From Eledone cirrhosa (taxonomy: Eukaryota): a DNA stretch of 64,000 nucleotides. Shown here one piece after another: positions 13,922 to 28,502 of the stretch (position 1 is its first letter; every line of letters begins with the position of its first letter). A program made the translations under genes and the position numbers. Location: the NCBI GenBank assembly GCA_964016885.1, contig OZ024740.1, forward strand, positions 246,822,001-246,886,000, read 5' to 3'. The notes under the pieces are model-generated. The model was not told the origin of the DNA. It saw only the letters and a list, made by a program, of their open reading frames with translations, and searched no databases.

Positions 13922-14530
13922 GTCAGGTCACCAGTTGGTGCTACTGGTAACATGTATCCCAGTACAACCTGTCCCATGGTTGGGTCGTTGGCGACTAAAC
14001 TGGCAAACCCACCAAGGTTTCTTGGTGAGGAGGGTGACTTTGGACATCCTGCAGGACTAAAAACAAAACCTGTCAAAGGGCAAAGGAGCTCTTAAGAGTC
14101 AATGGCCATCCAAAAGCACCGGGAGAGATGACCCCTTAGCCTTTGTCAAGGCAGAATTCTAGGAGAAGGAAAACTCTGATATAACACCTGCAACCCTGAT
14201 GGTATCCAATGATGTTGACTTGTTCTTCTTTTTGGTAAATATCATCTTGGTTAAGAGAGTGGGACTGGCTTTGTGCAGTGCCTTTGCTCACTATAAAAGC
14301 TTCACGGCACAGGCATTGCTTTATATCTGTAGATCTCTCTGCACTTGTCGTCACATGGTACCATGGGCCCAGCACTATGTGTCAATAATTGTCACAAGTG
14401 TAGTGTTTGTACCAGAGTTTTCAGGTCGCTGGCTGGACTAAAAAGTCACACTCGTTCAGCGCATCGGTAGGGGTTCTCCTACATGGGTATAAAGTAGTGG
14501 CCGTACTCGAAAACGAGTTGGCAGCCACCA
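13922..14530 (+). mobile_element. Non-autonomous RTE-related retroelement (about 610 bp) flanked by (TATG)n
   Basis: 14128-14530 is nearly identical, inverted, to 40359-40761, and 13989-14115 matches 40119-40245. Contains CTAGGAGAAGGAAAACTCTG, which I recall from RTE 5' UTRs. Confidence 0.6.
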
Positions 14531-14536
14531 TGTATA

Positions 14537-14572
<36 letters not shown>

Positions 14573-14582
14573 TGTATGTATG

Positions 14583-15018
14583 TTTTCTCTTTCTCTTAAT
14601 TTCGAGTATATTTTTTTGACCGGCCACCTTCCTGGTGGCAAGGTTGTAAAAGAAAAGAAATTGTCATCCCTTGAATCGCAAGAATGTTTTGCAAATTTTG
14701 AAGGTGCCAGCTATCGCAGCCATTTGTAGACTATGAATTAGGGAGCTGCGCTTTTTGTCCGCAAATCCAAGTTCAGTCATACTTTGGTCCAAGCGGGTTG
14801 GTATATAACCCGTAGCACCAATAATGATGGGTATGAAGCTAAAGGTGTATCTTGGATACTGGATTTGTAAACTCCTCATCAATGGTCCGTAGATGTCCTC
14901 CTTCTCCTATATTTTTCTGACAACGTTTACATCAAGTGGGCAGCTGATCTCCATAACAGAACACGTTTTCAATGTGTGGTCCCAAACTACAATATCAGGC
15001 CGGTTGTGCTTTAATTTG
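14583..15018 (-). mobile_element. 3' fragment of a second R4/Dong-like RLE element with a (CATA)n tail
   Basis: HNRPDIVVWD...EISCPLD...YGPLMRSLQIQYP...IIIGATG...KICKTF is homologous to the C-terminus at 10566-11309. Confidence 0.8.
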
Positions 15019-15184
15019 GTGTGTGTATGTATGTATGTATGTATGTATGTATGTATGCATGTATGTATGCATGCATGCATGTATGTATGTAATTTATGTA
15101 TGTATGTATGTATGTATGTATGTATGTATATATGTATTATGTATGTATATATATGTGTGTGTGTGTGTATGCATGTATGCAGCC

Positions 15185-16530
<1,346 letters not shown>

Positions 16531-16580
16531 TTTCTTTTTAGCTTTTACATACATACAAGTACTTTCACACACACACACAC

Positions 16581-16627
<47 letters not shown>

Positions 16628-16899
16628 ATTCATCAGTGCCAGATCCGTCACGATATCCATGTGAAGTCATTAAATAGTTAACTACAGAACAAGAACTTCT
16701 GCTAAACACATTTACAGAAGTACAAACCTATTCCAAAAAACTGGGTCGGGAAAAAGTGAGTCGGCTGCTAGTTGATGATTGCTCGTTTATTGCTTGCTTA
16801 GTATGTTGTTCGTTTCAGTTGTTTGTTGTGGTTACTCTTGTTCTGTTGTTCTATGGTAGTTGTTTTTGTTATCTTTGTTGTTATTTTTTATCGTTCTTC

Positions 16900-18300
16900 T
16901 TTTATTCTATTACGTGTTTCAGGCGAAAGGCTGAGGCCACGCTGGGGCACCGCCAGTGATATTACACTTTCTACAGCCAGCCTTCTTTGGTTCGCCATTC
17001 ATTCAAAAGGCAGTTTGTTGCTGCTGTTCTTATTTGCGCTTCGCCTCATGCTGTGGATCACTCGGGATCTTAGTCATCAGGCTTATTTATTTACATGTGT
17101 CTCATTCGAGGTGTGAAAACACTTTTGTATTGTTCATTCAGTGCCTCGCTTATCTCTTAGGGGGTCTGCGATCAGTGAGCAACTTTTATGGAAAAGTGGC
17201 GGTTTCTTTTACATATTTAAAGAAGACCTTAGGTTCGTCTTTATGTTTTCTATAGCCCCCGGCTTCTCTTTCTGTCCTCTTCTTTTCATGGGAGTTTGAG
17301 TTCATTTTCAGTTTGAAACAGTGCTGCTTCAATCGAGATTGCGCCATGTTCCTTACTTGTGTATGTAGCCGGTTTGAGATCTTTATTCTTCTTCTCATAA
17401 GGATTCTCCTGTCTCTGGGAATAATATTCTTGTGTTTTCTGGCCTTTCTTTCCGAGGGGGGGGGGGTGCTTGGAACATATGGCTTGTCTTATTTCCATGC
17501 ATTGCTCAAGTCGAATATTCACATCTTCCATAAAAAGAATGTTGGTCCGGTTTTGCTTTAGGAGTTCCTCCTGAATCCTTTTCCAGTTAGCTTTGTGGAA
17601 GTTTGATTTAAACTGGATAGAGTACTTCCTGTCGGCTGTAAATCTACTGTCTTCCTCGGACTATACATTCCTAGTTCTATGTTATGGTCTGAGACAATTG
17701 TTTGTGCACTTACACATTGTGGATGAGCTCCGTGTTATTCACGAATCAGAGTTGCAGAGTATTCTCACGTCTTGTTGGATGAAGTACCATTTGTTCCATG
17801 AAGAGTCTGTTTGTAAGGTCCAATAAGGATTCTGCCTGCATATGTTCAGGTGCCGTCATTGCTGAGAGGGGCTGGCTTTCAGACCATTTGACCGTTAAAA
17901 TTTACCAGCAGCAAGATGTTGAGACAATGATTCAAATTGTTCAGCACTTCAATCCTTCTGAGACTGTATTCAAATTTGTCGTCATGTCTGGGGAAATCTG
18001 ATGGTCGATATGTGACACATATTACCATTTTGAGCTGCTTCACGAGTAGCAATAGTATGTCACAGACCGAGTTGGAATGTGACAACTGTACTAATAACGT
18101 GACATGTTCACAGATGTACAAACAACTCCACCATGAGTTCTCTCCCCCCTCTCAGTCTGAAATACAACATACTTTGGTATGTGTATCTCCGTAATTGCTA
18201 CGCTAGCTGTCCGGTGAGTTTCAGTTAGTGCCATGCATATTGCTTGATTTATCCACTGGTCATCTCCTGTCTGTTGATTTGCGTTCTCTTCTAATTGGGG
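16900..18300 (-). mobile_element. Highly decayed CR1/Jockey-group LINE fragment (APE endonuclease and linker)
   Basis: Fragments VICVTYRPSD...LLVNFN, FHKANW and KDEPKVFFKYVK appear in the expected order. Confidence 0.55.
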
Positions 18301-18869
18301 TCCGTCTGGTGGTTCTTTAGTTTACCTTTGCTGCATTCCAGTCTTTCATTTTCTTTTTCATCTTCCTCACTGGTGTTGTCTGCGTCGCAGGCCATCTCAC
18401 TCTCAGCGGCTTTCAGATCCTTCAGGGTTTCCGTGGGTTCTTTGTGGCTCGTATCATTTTCTTTTTTGTCTATTGTCTTTTCTGTGAAAGCATGACGTTG
18501 TTGTCTTGGTTACTGTTATTGTTGTCATTCTATTTGGGGTGGATATTGTAGTTGTTCTATGGTAGTTGTTTTAGTTTGTTGATGCTGTCGTTGTCATCGT
18601 TGCCGTTATTGTTGTTGTTGTTTTTGTCATTGTTGTTTTTTATCGTTGTTCATTGTTGTGATTATTGTTGTCACTGTCGTCGTCATCGTTACCGTTGTTT
18701 TTGTTGCAGTTTGTTATCCTCACAAAATACCATGACGAAATGATCACTACTATCATATGATAGTAGTGATCGTGACTGTTATAATAAATACAAGCATTCC
18801 CTCTTCTCCCCCAAATACACATTAGATATACGGTAGATGTAGACAGTTTCAGTGGTCGGCAGGCCCACT

Positions 18870-19055
18870 GGATGAACTGTACCTGTAAATCAAAGATCTT
18901 GTCTTGTCATATATATTGTGTCGTGCTGATTCTGCTCTAAGATTCCGTTAAAGCTAGACAGGACTGTGGAATACTCAGCCACTTACATGTTAATCTAACA
19001 AGTTTGATATTCAGCTTATCGAATGAAAGAATGCTCATCATTGGAACCGATGTTG
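18870..19055 (+). mobile_element. Decayed Ceph-domain-like SINE
   Basis: CTGTACCTGTAA.TCAAAG...TGTGGAATACTCAGCCACTTACATGTTAAT resembles the cephalopod SINE central domain as I recall it. Confidence 0.5.
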
Positions 19056-19983
19056 TTATCACCCTATATGAACAAGTAATTTCTGAGCTGCAGCTTGGGA
19101 GTATTGTTGTTACGGTTCACAACTGCTTAGATTTAGTAAACTTTCTATGCAGTTGTGTCTTACACTTCTCTTGGACGTTTTAATAACAGAGGCCTCCAGT
19201 GTTGCAATGTGACTCTTTTTCGGTGACAAGAGGAGGGGAGAGAGATTTGGACTTGTAAAATTATGCCCTAATTTATTAATAACTTTGTAGTGACCTACAT
19301 TCCGCGGGCTCACATACATTCTCTGTGCGTGATTTGACTCAGTTCAGCCAATCAGCGCCAGTAGAAGAGGATGTATCCCTACGCGCCCTGAGGAAGAAAT
19401 TCCCCGCGAAGATTTGAAGAATCTGTTTCTTGTACCGGGAACTTCGAACCAGCAACACGCATAATGTAACGGTGAGATTTTGCACCCTAGCCTCGCCGGC
19501 TTTCCGGCGCAATGGCACATTCCCTTTTGTAACCTCTTTTTATGTGTAACTTCAACCATATAAGTTAACAAACATTGTTTGTGCTACATCAAAAATAAAC
19601 ACATTTCATCTCTAATTTCTGCTGTTGAAATCATTATTATGTTACTCGTGTCTCAATAACATCTATAATCCATGCTGCTGGAATTGGCGACCTGACGAAA
19701 GGAACATTGTAAATACAAAGATGGTAAATAGATCGAGGGACCTTCCCTCACGTCTATGTCGACAAGACAATCCAACGAGGATACTATCACTTTACCACAC
19801 TGTCAACTCACGACTTCATACTTCTACTCTGCTAAAACTTCTAAAAAGCAACGAAACTGTTAGTATCAACACTGGTGTAAAATATGCATTTTGAAATTTT
19901 GTTTACTGTAAAAACAAATGTATTAGAGCAATATTTCTTAATGTCAGGAATAATGCAGTTTTGTTATATACAACACAGCACAC

Positions 19984-21180
19984 AATTAGCACACTCCGGC
20001 CCTTCACTGCAATCTAGAGACAACAACAATCAATGCTCGCTGACTAACTGCCCTATCCGAAACACAGGTATGTGCCAGCGGACAAGTTTAGAATAACAGA
20101 AGGTGTTATATACACCAACTTCTAAAGGAAAGCTGCCAGCAGAGACATGTTTGTGCATTATAGATCAGCTTTTCCCTTTGGTGCTAAAACCGGATACATC
20201 ATAAATGAACTTACGCGTATCCTGAATAAATGCAGGAAGACAGCGGACCAGGTCGCTCACACCTCATGGATGTACTGAAGACGAACGGATACCCAACATC
20301 CACAGTGAATCATCATAGGAATCGAAGGCGTTGCAGGCATAATACGTCCTCTAACACCTGCTTCATCAAAGTACCACACTTCAGCGCAAACATAACCACA
20401 GCTATCTGCAGAGCCATCCGCAAAAAGGACTGGTGCAATTAGCACACTCCGGCCCTTCACTGCGTGGATACCTGTCTAAAAAGCAATCCAGAAACAACAA
20501 CCAATGCTCGCTGACTAACTGCGCTATCCGTGATACAGGTATGTGCCAGTGGACACATGTGGTATACCGGATTGAATACAACAAATGTAAGGCGTTCTAC
20601 ATTGATAGCATGATTCGAGCACTCCACACCCGCATTAAAGAACACCTCAACACACGCGCATCCTCATTCAAAATACACATTGACAAATGCAGAAACACCA
20701 AGAAAAATATTACAGTCAACATTGAAGCCAAAGAGAGAGATGTGGGCAATTTAAGAATTAAGGAAGCCTTGCTCATACGTTGACTCAACAAACAAATAAA
20801 TAACAGATTAGTACTCAACACAATACTTGAAATAAAAGGACACACCCACATGCACACACACGCAAGCTAAACAACATCTCATACAAGAAAATTGATTCCA
20901 TGAAATATTATATCGGTAATTGACGTCATCCTCCGGCAACTCGTGAATAATAAAGCAAACATCAAGCAACGCTTGAAAGTGGGTTATAAAATTTAAATTT
21001 AAATCTAATTCCAAAGAGAAGAAACCAGAACATTCTTTTCTTAGAGCTCCTTATACTCTGTAGAAGGGGATTTTAAGTCCCGAAATATTAGGACGAAAGG
21101 AAGAAATAAAAACAACGACAAAGAATACCAGATAACTAACTGGCGTTCTCACGCTGCTACTGAGATAGATGTCTCAAGCG
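19984..21180 (+). mobile_element. Penelope-like element fragment (RT C-terminus plus GIY-YIG), with a partial 5' duplication
   Basis: VHYRSA, LAHSGPSL, CSLTNC and VVYRIEYNKCKAFYI..IRALHTRIKEH. 19984-20082 duplicates 20436-20555. Hammerhead-like CTGTAGA-GGGA/TCCC-GAAATATT at 21058-21090. Confidence 0.75.
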
Positions 21181-21549
21181 ATATTTATATATGTTTATAA
21201 CACATAGATATAACAACTTATGATTTCATATGCACTTCTATTATGAATCGCGCTATGTTACTGTTACTGATAATTAAACCCAGTCAGGTCAAGCACGCAC
21301 TATATGCAAATGAACTTCTCCAACTGATGCTTTATCCGCAAAACGCATATAAGCTAAAGTCTCACTCTTGTCTCAGTACGGAGTGAGAGTTTAAAGGCTT
21401 CTGTGAGAGTTTAAAGCATTCATAGTGAAACATTCTATGTACATAAACATGCCATGTATGCATTCATATACACCACTATTATGAATCATGCCATGCTACT
21501 ATTACTGATAATTAGTAGTTAGAGTTCCATCACTAGACTGAACAGCGCA

Positions 21550-21730
21550 TAGTAGTCTTGAACAAAGCACTTCATTTCACATTGGTCAAGTTCTTTGAGC
21601 TGCAAGAAATACCTAACAATTAACCTTGCAACGATTGGCATCCCAATCATTGAGTCGTCTTGTACTCTCAGTCGGTTAACACCATACACAATCGGAATAA
21701 GCTCCGACTGGATGAACCTCTAAGATTGAG
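21550..21730 (+). mobile_element. Decayed V/CORE-like SINE
   Basis: GTCTTGAACAAAGCACTTCATTTCAC...AACCTTGCAACGATTGGCATCCC...GGAATAAGCTCCG resembles V-SINE-type body sequence. Confidence 0.4.
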
Positions 21731-21743
21731 AAATAATTGAATG

Positions 21744-22090
21744 TTAGTGCCAAAATAAAACAATAAACAGAAGCATAGGGAGAATGCCTCCTTGGAATAT
21801 TCCTTTTGAAGGGTTTATAATATCAGAAACAATCTTTATACTTTCAATTACAAGGGTATAGATTGTTGACCAGGTCTTTATGAGCCTTTGAATTGTAGCA
21901 GTTAGTATAGCTGGATGTTTCTGCAAGCTTATTTCTTTCAGGTATCATGAATGACTAAGTCAAACGTCGTTCTACAATCGAGCCAGTATTGCTTTTTATC
22001 CAATCGGGGATTAAAAAAAAAAGAGCGTGCCAATCTAAGACAGTAAACTGGGGGTAATTGTTAGATTGTTGGACGCAATATTTGTTCCAG
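21744..22090 (-). mobile_element. Decayed RT fragment of an R4-like element
   Basis: IINPSKGIFQGGILPMLLFIVL corresponds to the RT motif GIFQGD.LSPLLF. Confidence 0.5.
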
Positions 22091-22156
22091 CTCTTTGTTT
22101 CAAGTTGAAATCCCAATGTGGCGTACTAATCTACCGCACGGCTTAAAAACATAACT

Positions 22157-25100
22157 TGCCTCTTCAGCCCGACGTGCAGCAGAACATGGGTCAGTCGCAG
22201 ACTGCACCAGGTTGGGGCTGCAGAAAGTATCGGTGCAAGTGGTATCGCAGACGAGGGGTTTGCCACCGCGGAACGGCAAGATGGTCATGCCATCTGGCTT
22301 TTTGCCGTCCCCTCGATCCAGCCCCACCGGCTCGAGCTGGGAAGGGAAGCCTGCAGCGTCCAAGCCATGCTTAATGACTTCGTTGCGGGCAGTATGGCGT
22401 GGAATGCGGCCGGCACTGTGGCGACAGGAAAGCGGGTGGAGGCCGAAAGAGTCCACGGTGGAACCGCAGCGACATTGGTGTGGCTGGGAGATCCAGAGGC
22501 CGAGGACAGGGAAACGCCGATTCGCAAGCTATGGTTGTCTAGCTTGCGTGCCAGTGGAGAAGGAGGGCAGAGCATGGAGCCAGGCACCACTGTGGGGTTT
22601 GGAGGCCGCACGAAAACAAGCAAGGCGGTGCTGGTCAATCTGGCGCGTGAGCCTGTCTGAGGCCAGGCTGCACTGGATGGCATCCCAAGTGCATTGGGGG
22701 GGGACTTGACGTCAACAGGGGGAGAAGGAGGAGGGACCTCTACTGGGCTAAGTCCCAGCCGGTCCCACGTCTCACAGGCGGCCTCACGTTCTCTGAACAC
22801 AGAGGGTTCTGTTGTGTTTTGAAGAACCCTGCTGACGAGGACGCGGCACGAGGTTACCGACGAAAGATACGCCGGCAAAGCTAGTGAGATCGGGGACCGG
22901 GGGCCTAGGCCGCCATACCTGACCGGTAAAGTGGCCTGTTGCCACCCTATGTCGTCAAACTTGACGTTGCATATCCCCTCGGCTGCTGCTCGGATACAAG
23001 TATCGAGGTAAGCGAGGAGAGATGTCTGGGTGTAGCATGGAGCGTTGCGGAGTGTATAGAGGAGCTTCGGCATGGCGAAGCAGTTCCTCAGCAGAAAGAG
23101 AGCTGGGTGGCCGTCAATCAAGCCTAGTCGGCTCGTGAGAGTCTGGAGCTGTTGAAGCCTGGACCTGATGGTGGAGCGGATGGCCGGCGGGTGGATCGGT
23201 GACCCGAGGATGAGCACATCCTCTTTGGGGGTCACCTAAACCTGGTGGAGAATGGACCACACGTCCAAGACGGAGACTGCAAAGCTCACAGCATCGAGGC
23301 TGACGTTCACCACCTCCGATTTGGCCGAGTTGACCTGGAGGCCGATTCCCGCCAGGGCAGGAATCACCGATTGAAGGTCTTGGCAGACCGTCCGTACGGG
23401 CCCGCCCAACGTAGCATCATCCAGATACCAAACGTTGAGAGGGGCCGTGATACTCTGGGCGATGTGGTCAATACCAAGGGCGAACAGGAGGGGTCACAAA
23501 GGGTCGCCCTGTTGGACTCCAGTAGCTGAGGTTATGACCGTATCAGCATCTAGGAGCATGCTCGGGGCTCCATGACAGGTAGGCGAGCGTGTAGGAAGAG
23601 GGGGCTCGGCTGAGGCAGGCCTCGAGCAGATGATCCCGGCGTAAAGAGTTAAAGGCATTCCTCATGTGAAGCTTGACAATGAGGTGCCTGGAGTCCCTGG
23701 ATGCCGGTACCGATGGGCAGCTGCTGAAGAACTGCCTGATTGCATGAGAGGCTCCCTTACAGCCACCGGAGACGCCGAAACCCAGTTGCACCGGACTAAA
23801 CTCCTCACCCAGTTCATGTGTGACGGACTTGCAGATCATCTTGGCAGCCAGCCTCCGGAAGACATTGCCCACAGCAATGGGGCGTATGCCACCCTCTTTC
23901 TTCCTGAGAGCGGTGAGGCTGGCCGAAAAAAAGAGGCCTCGGTCGAGGGAACCATGAATGAGCCTATTGGTGAGCGCCACAATTACACTCAGAAGGCGGC
24001 GCCCGGCCTCCACGGTGAGTGGGATGTCAACTCCTTGGGGTGACCTGGTCGGAGACCATCAACACCTCCGTAGCTGCTAGCTGGGAAGGACCTGATGGCG
24101 GACATGATATCTGCATCAGTAGCCACAAGGAGCAGGTGGGGGTTGGGTGTGGGTATGGGTCTGAGATCAGTGGGTGGCTCAGGGTGTTTGAGCCGCAGAG
24201 CAGCCAGGATCTCTTCGGTGGGTTGGAGGACAGTGTCCTCTGAGGCAACAACTCTGACTGCGGCCGAGACATCACCCATGATAAGCTTTGCGTTTACCTG
24301 GTCACGCAAACGCTTGGCGCTGGCCTCGGGGGTGGAGGATAGGGGGTACCTGAGGGTGGGGTGTGTGGCGTCCTTGGGCACGCTTGGAATAGGCGCTCGC
24401 CCAAATGACGAGACATTGGCCTTGACGAAGGCTGCTGCTGACCGACCGCCCCGGTCAGCGCCAGAGCTGGGGAGACCAAGGGCGAGTGGGGCGAAATAGA
24501 ACAGCCACTCCCAGTCACTGGCTCGATTGGAGTCCAGGGTGCTCTCAATCGAGGAAGCGAGGGCATCGGCCACCGGCACCCGTGCCGCTCTCGGGATCCT
24601 GAGTTGGATCTTCCGGAGCCGCCTGAGCCGAGCGATGTTGACCAGCGAGGCTCGGGCGTCAGGCAAGCTCGCTGTCCCATCTGGTGATGTGCCAGACGGC
24701 CGTGGCTGGGAAGACGTGGGGAAGAGGCAGCTCCTGCACCTCCATGCTGCGAGGGCATTGGAAGCTCGACGAGTCAAGCCAACGCAGATGAGGTGGTGGA
24801 AGCAGCCGCACCCCAAACAATTCCGGCCCCTCTTCCGTTTGTTAGTAGTGCCGCAAGTGCTGCAGGTGTCGATTTGGAGGGGTGGGGGATAGGGCCTGGG
24901 GCCAGGACTGGGGCACCGAGCGGCATCAGGGGTGGGTGGCTGGTGTGTGTGGTTGGAAGGGAAAGTGCTGGTAAGAGGGCAGCATAGCTCACCTATATAT
25001 ATGGAGGTGCCAGAAAACGAGAGCGAAAAGGGGCAGCATGGAGGGGGAGACACATGAAGGTAGAATGGCAGTAAATAAATGAGTGAATGAAAAAAATAAA

Positions 25101-25200
25101 TGAGTGAATGAAAAAAATGAGTGAATGAAAAAAAAAAGGGAGACGAGGGGTTGTTCCCAGCGGAAAGACCCAGAATTCAGTACGCACACATGCGAGTAAC
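22157..25200 (-). mobile_element. CRE-clade non-LTR retrotransposon with an N-terminal PHD-like finger, frameshifted
   Basis: GIRPIAVGNVFRRLAAK, QLGFGVSGG, NAFNSL, GVQQGDPL, WYLDDATL, ILGSPI, LPVRYGGLG, CRCG...HPLSC, RH and KPDG..DTTC (RLE). The N-terminus has a C4HC3 pattern. Confidence 0.87.
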
Positions 25201-25770
25201 TGAGCAGTTTGTCATAGACGACATTCTCAATGGACGCGCTTACAATATTTGAATATAAGTGAACCGTCGTGTCATTTAATTTGAAAAGTGGAGCAAAGTA
25301 AAAGGAAAATAGTGAATTTGGAGTGTCAATCCCTTGTGATTTTTTTTTTTTTTTTCTTCAAAAGTATGGAGGCGTTTTATCTCCTCATGAAACTGACATT
25401 ACTTAATAATGTTCGTCAACTATGGCTTGTTCATATGTATTATTTCATAACTCTATAGAACTATTAGAATGTTTGTGCAGTGTTCTGTGTCCAGCCAGGT
25501 TTGTACAACAGGTAAGAAAAATGATGATTCGGTGACGGTTTCTTCTGATAGGAGCCTCTTCCACGTCGGAAGATCGAATTGTGTTTTCTTGTCTTCTTCA
25601 ATACTTTCATAAACGGCTTCGGAGATTTAAAACTTATGTTTCAATTGGTGATTCCATTTCCACACGGTTCTATTGTCATATTTACAAAAATATATATTTC
25701 TATATATTTCTTTATTTATTTCTCTTCTTTTAGTATAATATAGCGAGTTTCACCAGTGATGTTTGAAGTT

Positions 25771-26165
25771 CCTTCTGCAGCCGCAACCTGGTGCAGTCTG
25801 CGACTGACCCAGGTTCTGCTGCACGTCGGGCTGAGGGGGCCAAACTTCTCAAATACCGGTCGCTCTCCGACAGGTTTGAGGTCGTTCCCCTGGCAGTGGA
25901 AACTTCTGGTATCCTCGGCCCCAGGGCTACCTCCTTACTCACCACCATAGGCGCTGAGCTGGCCAGCCGTAGGTGTAAGCCCCGCGAGTTGGAGTGGCTT
26001 TTCCAGCGCGTCTCCCTTGCCGTCCTCCGGGGAAACGCCATATCCATTCTGTCCGCTGGGGCTGTGGGTGGGCCCCATCACGTACCATTACATTAGTTAA
26101 ATACCATTCTTTCATCTCATAACTATATATAACATATATCTATCCTCCTTTATATACATTAATTT
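25771..26165 (+). mobile_element. 3' end of the same CRE family, in opposite orientation
   Basis: VQSATDPGSAARRAE..KLLKY...VPLAVETSGILGP...LFQRVSLAVLRGNA. The first ~70 bp are an inverted duplicate of 22157-22226. Confidence 0.85.
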
Positions 26166-26406
26166 ATATTCACTAAGAGACTAAGCAATGACGTCACACG
26201 GCAAATAACTTGCCCCTTGGGTTTCTTTAGACGAGTCTGCTTTGTTACAAACATTTGGGACAGGTATTTTCTCCGCACCAGTTTTTAAAACCCTAAAAAG
26301 GCCCATATACAGTAAAAAAGGGGGTTCCACGGCACGATTCCATTTATTTCACTTAGTATATCTTAGTTGTCTTATTAATTAAAATCTGGGGCGTATATTA
26401 TCTATG

Positions 26407-26472
<66 letters not shown>

Positions 26473-26688
26473 CGCATATATACGCCTCAGCGTTTAGTCG
26501 GTAAGAAATCATTCATTACCGCCGTTTGTCAATCCACTATTCTTCTATAATTCTATTCACTTGCTTTAAGTCATATATCCAACATCTGGTACTAACATTC
26601 ATTTACAGCATATAGTACTATTTCCATCTCTTCCCTGTTTCGTTCTTCCCCTCTTCTCCTCTCCTTTTTATACACACACATAAACATA

Positions 26689-26753
<65 letters not shown>

Positions 26754-27167
26754 TAAACGGACGGTAGTCCGTTTAGTAATATTGTTGTGGTCGTGTTTTC
26801 GTTGGCAATCGTCTGTTTACGACAGTACAGCGCGGCTCTACTTTATTTAACTGAGATAAAACTTATATGAGCATGAACAGTAGATCATTACGCATCTTTT
26901 GGCTTAACAATCTAGAAATTTGGTCCAGCGGGAAAAAGTTTATAATCAAAGTTTGCTGATAAATCTTGTGTTCAAGTGAGTGAGTAGTAAGCGTGACGCT
27001 AGGGGAGGTAATCCAGAAATGACGTAGCTTTGTCATTAAGCCAGTTGCCTCAACTAGATTGCAATTATACTCAAAAGAACTTTAAAATGTCAATCACTTG
27101 TCAGTAATTCACTATTATCATTTAATTATTAGATAGTTGTTGCTTGCATTGCCTTAAAAAATAGTAG

Positions 27168-28502
27168 ACCAGATAGAAAAATGCGTACAGCAAAAAAAGT
27201 AATATTGTTGGAATATAAACCTTTAAAAATACAGGACAAGAAATTAAAATAAAACTTTAAAAGAATAGAACAAGAAACGAAGATAAAACTTTAAAAGAAT
27301 AGGACAAGAAACTAAGATAAAACTTTAAAGAATTGGACAAGAAATAAAACATTTTACAATAATATTAGTGGCAAAATGTTTTTATTCGTTTCCTGTGCTA
27401 TGCCCCAGTATCTTCTTGATTAGTGCATAATAATTGTCATGCTCTCATTGTGCGTTGCCCCTGAGCGGTTGGTTCTGGTTGGGGTTGGTTGGCTGAGCCG
27501 TTCTGCTCCGTCAGAATGACCATTGCAAGAAGAATTGGCCGATGCAGCTGCAGGTCTCCTCCAAGAATGCACTTCTGGTCCCGCAACACCAGACGAAGAT
27601 GGAGAAGACGACCGGGACAAGATGTCGACTCTGACCACCGACTACGGCACCTCCCTCAACCACCGGTCCTCCCTCCCTCTGTCCCGTCATCCCTCCAGTC
27701 CTCCTGCTCCCCCTCCCTGTACCAGAAAGCTGTGGCACGCATTCATCTGGACTGCCGGACTTGAACTCAAGGACAAGATGCAAGGAGAAGATGGACGGGT
27801 TGGTCAAGATCAAGGATGAGCGGGACGACAAGACCATCCGCTGCTGCTCAAGATCTGTGCTCATGGGCCCATGGGTCCATTCCCATTATGATGAAATAGG
27901 GGTATGATTATGGCCCAATTGGTGTTCAAACCAGGATGAAATGATCCCCCCGGTCTGACGACGACCTCTGAATGTGGAACCCAGAACCTCTGAATGTGGA
28001 ACTAGATTTTTTACCAATAAAAATTTTGCCACTAATATTATTGTAACATTTTTTATTTCTTGTCCAATTCTTTAAAGTTTTATCTTAGTTTCTTGTCCTA
28101 TTCTTTTAAAGTTTTATCTTAGTTTCTTGTCCTATTCTTTTAAAGTTTTATCTTAGTTTCTTGTCCTATTCTTTTAAAGTTTTATCTTAGTTTCTTGTCC
28201 TATTCTTTTAAAGTTTTATCTTAGTTTCTTGTCCTATTCTTTTAAAGTTTTATCTTAGTTTCTTGTCCTATTCTTTTAAAGTTTTATCTTAGTTTCTTGT
28301 CCTATTCTTTTAAAGTTTTATCTTAGTTTCTTGTCCTATTCTTTTAAAGTTTTATCTTAGTTTCTTGTCCTATTCTTTTAAAGTTTTATCTTAGTTTCTT
28401 GTCCTATTCTTTTAAAGTTTTATTTTAGTTTCTTGTCCTGTATTTTTAAAGGTTTATATTCCAACAATATTACTTTTTTTTGCTGTACGCATTTTTCTAT
28501 CT

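Noticed and set aside
25071-25137. Three ~20-bp AAATGAGTGAATGAAAA repeats as a regulatory array
   Set aside because: A simple tandem duplication in the CRE 5' UTR with no evidence of function.
26752-26777. Hairpin CTAAACGGAC-GGTA-GTCCGTTTAG as a terminator or Helitron end; also a Helitron-like TCTATATAATAA start near 37711
   Set aside because: The context is eukaryotic, no matching opposite terminus was found, and each occurs only once.
28057-28450. 34-bp repeat array as a CRISPR array
   Set aside because: The units are directly adjacent with no spacers, there are no cas genes, and the array forms one arm of a foldback element.
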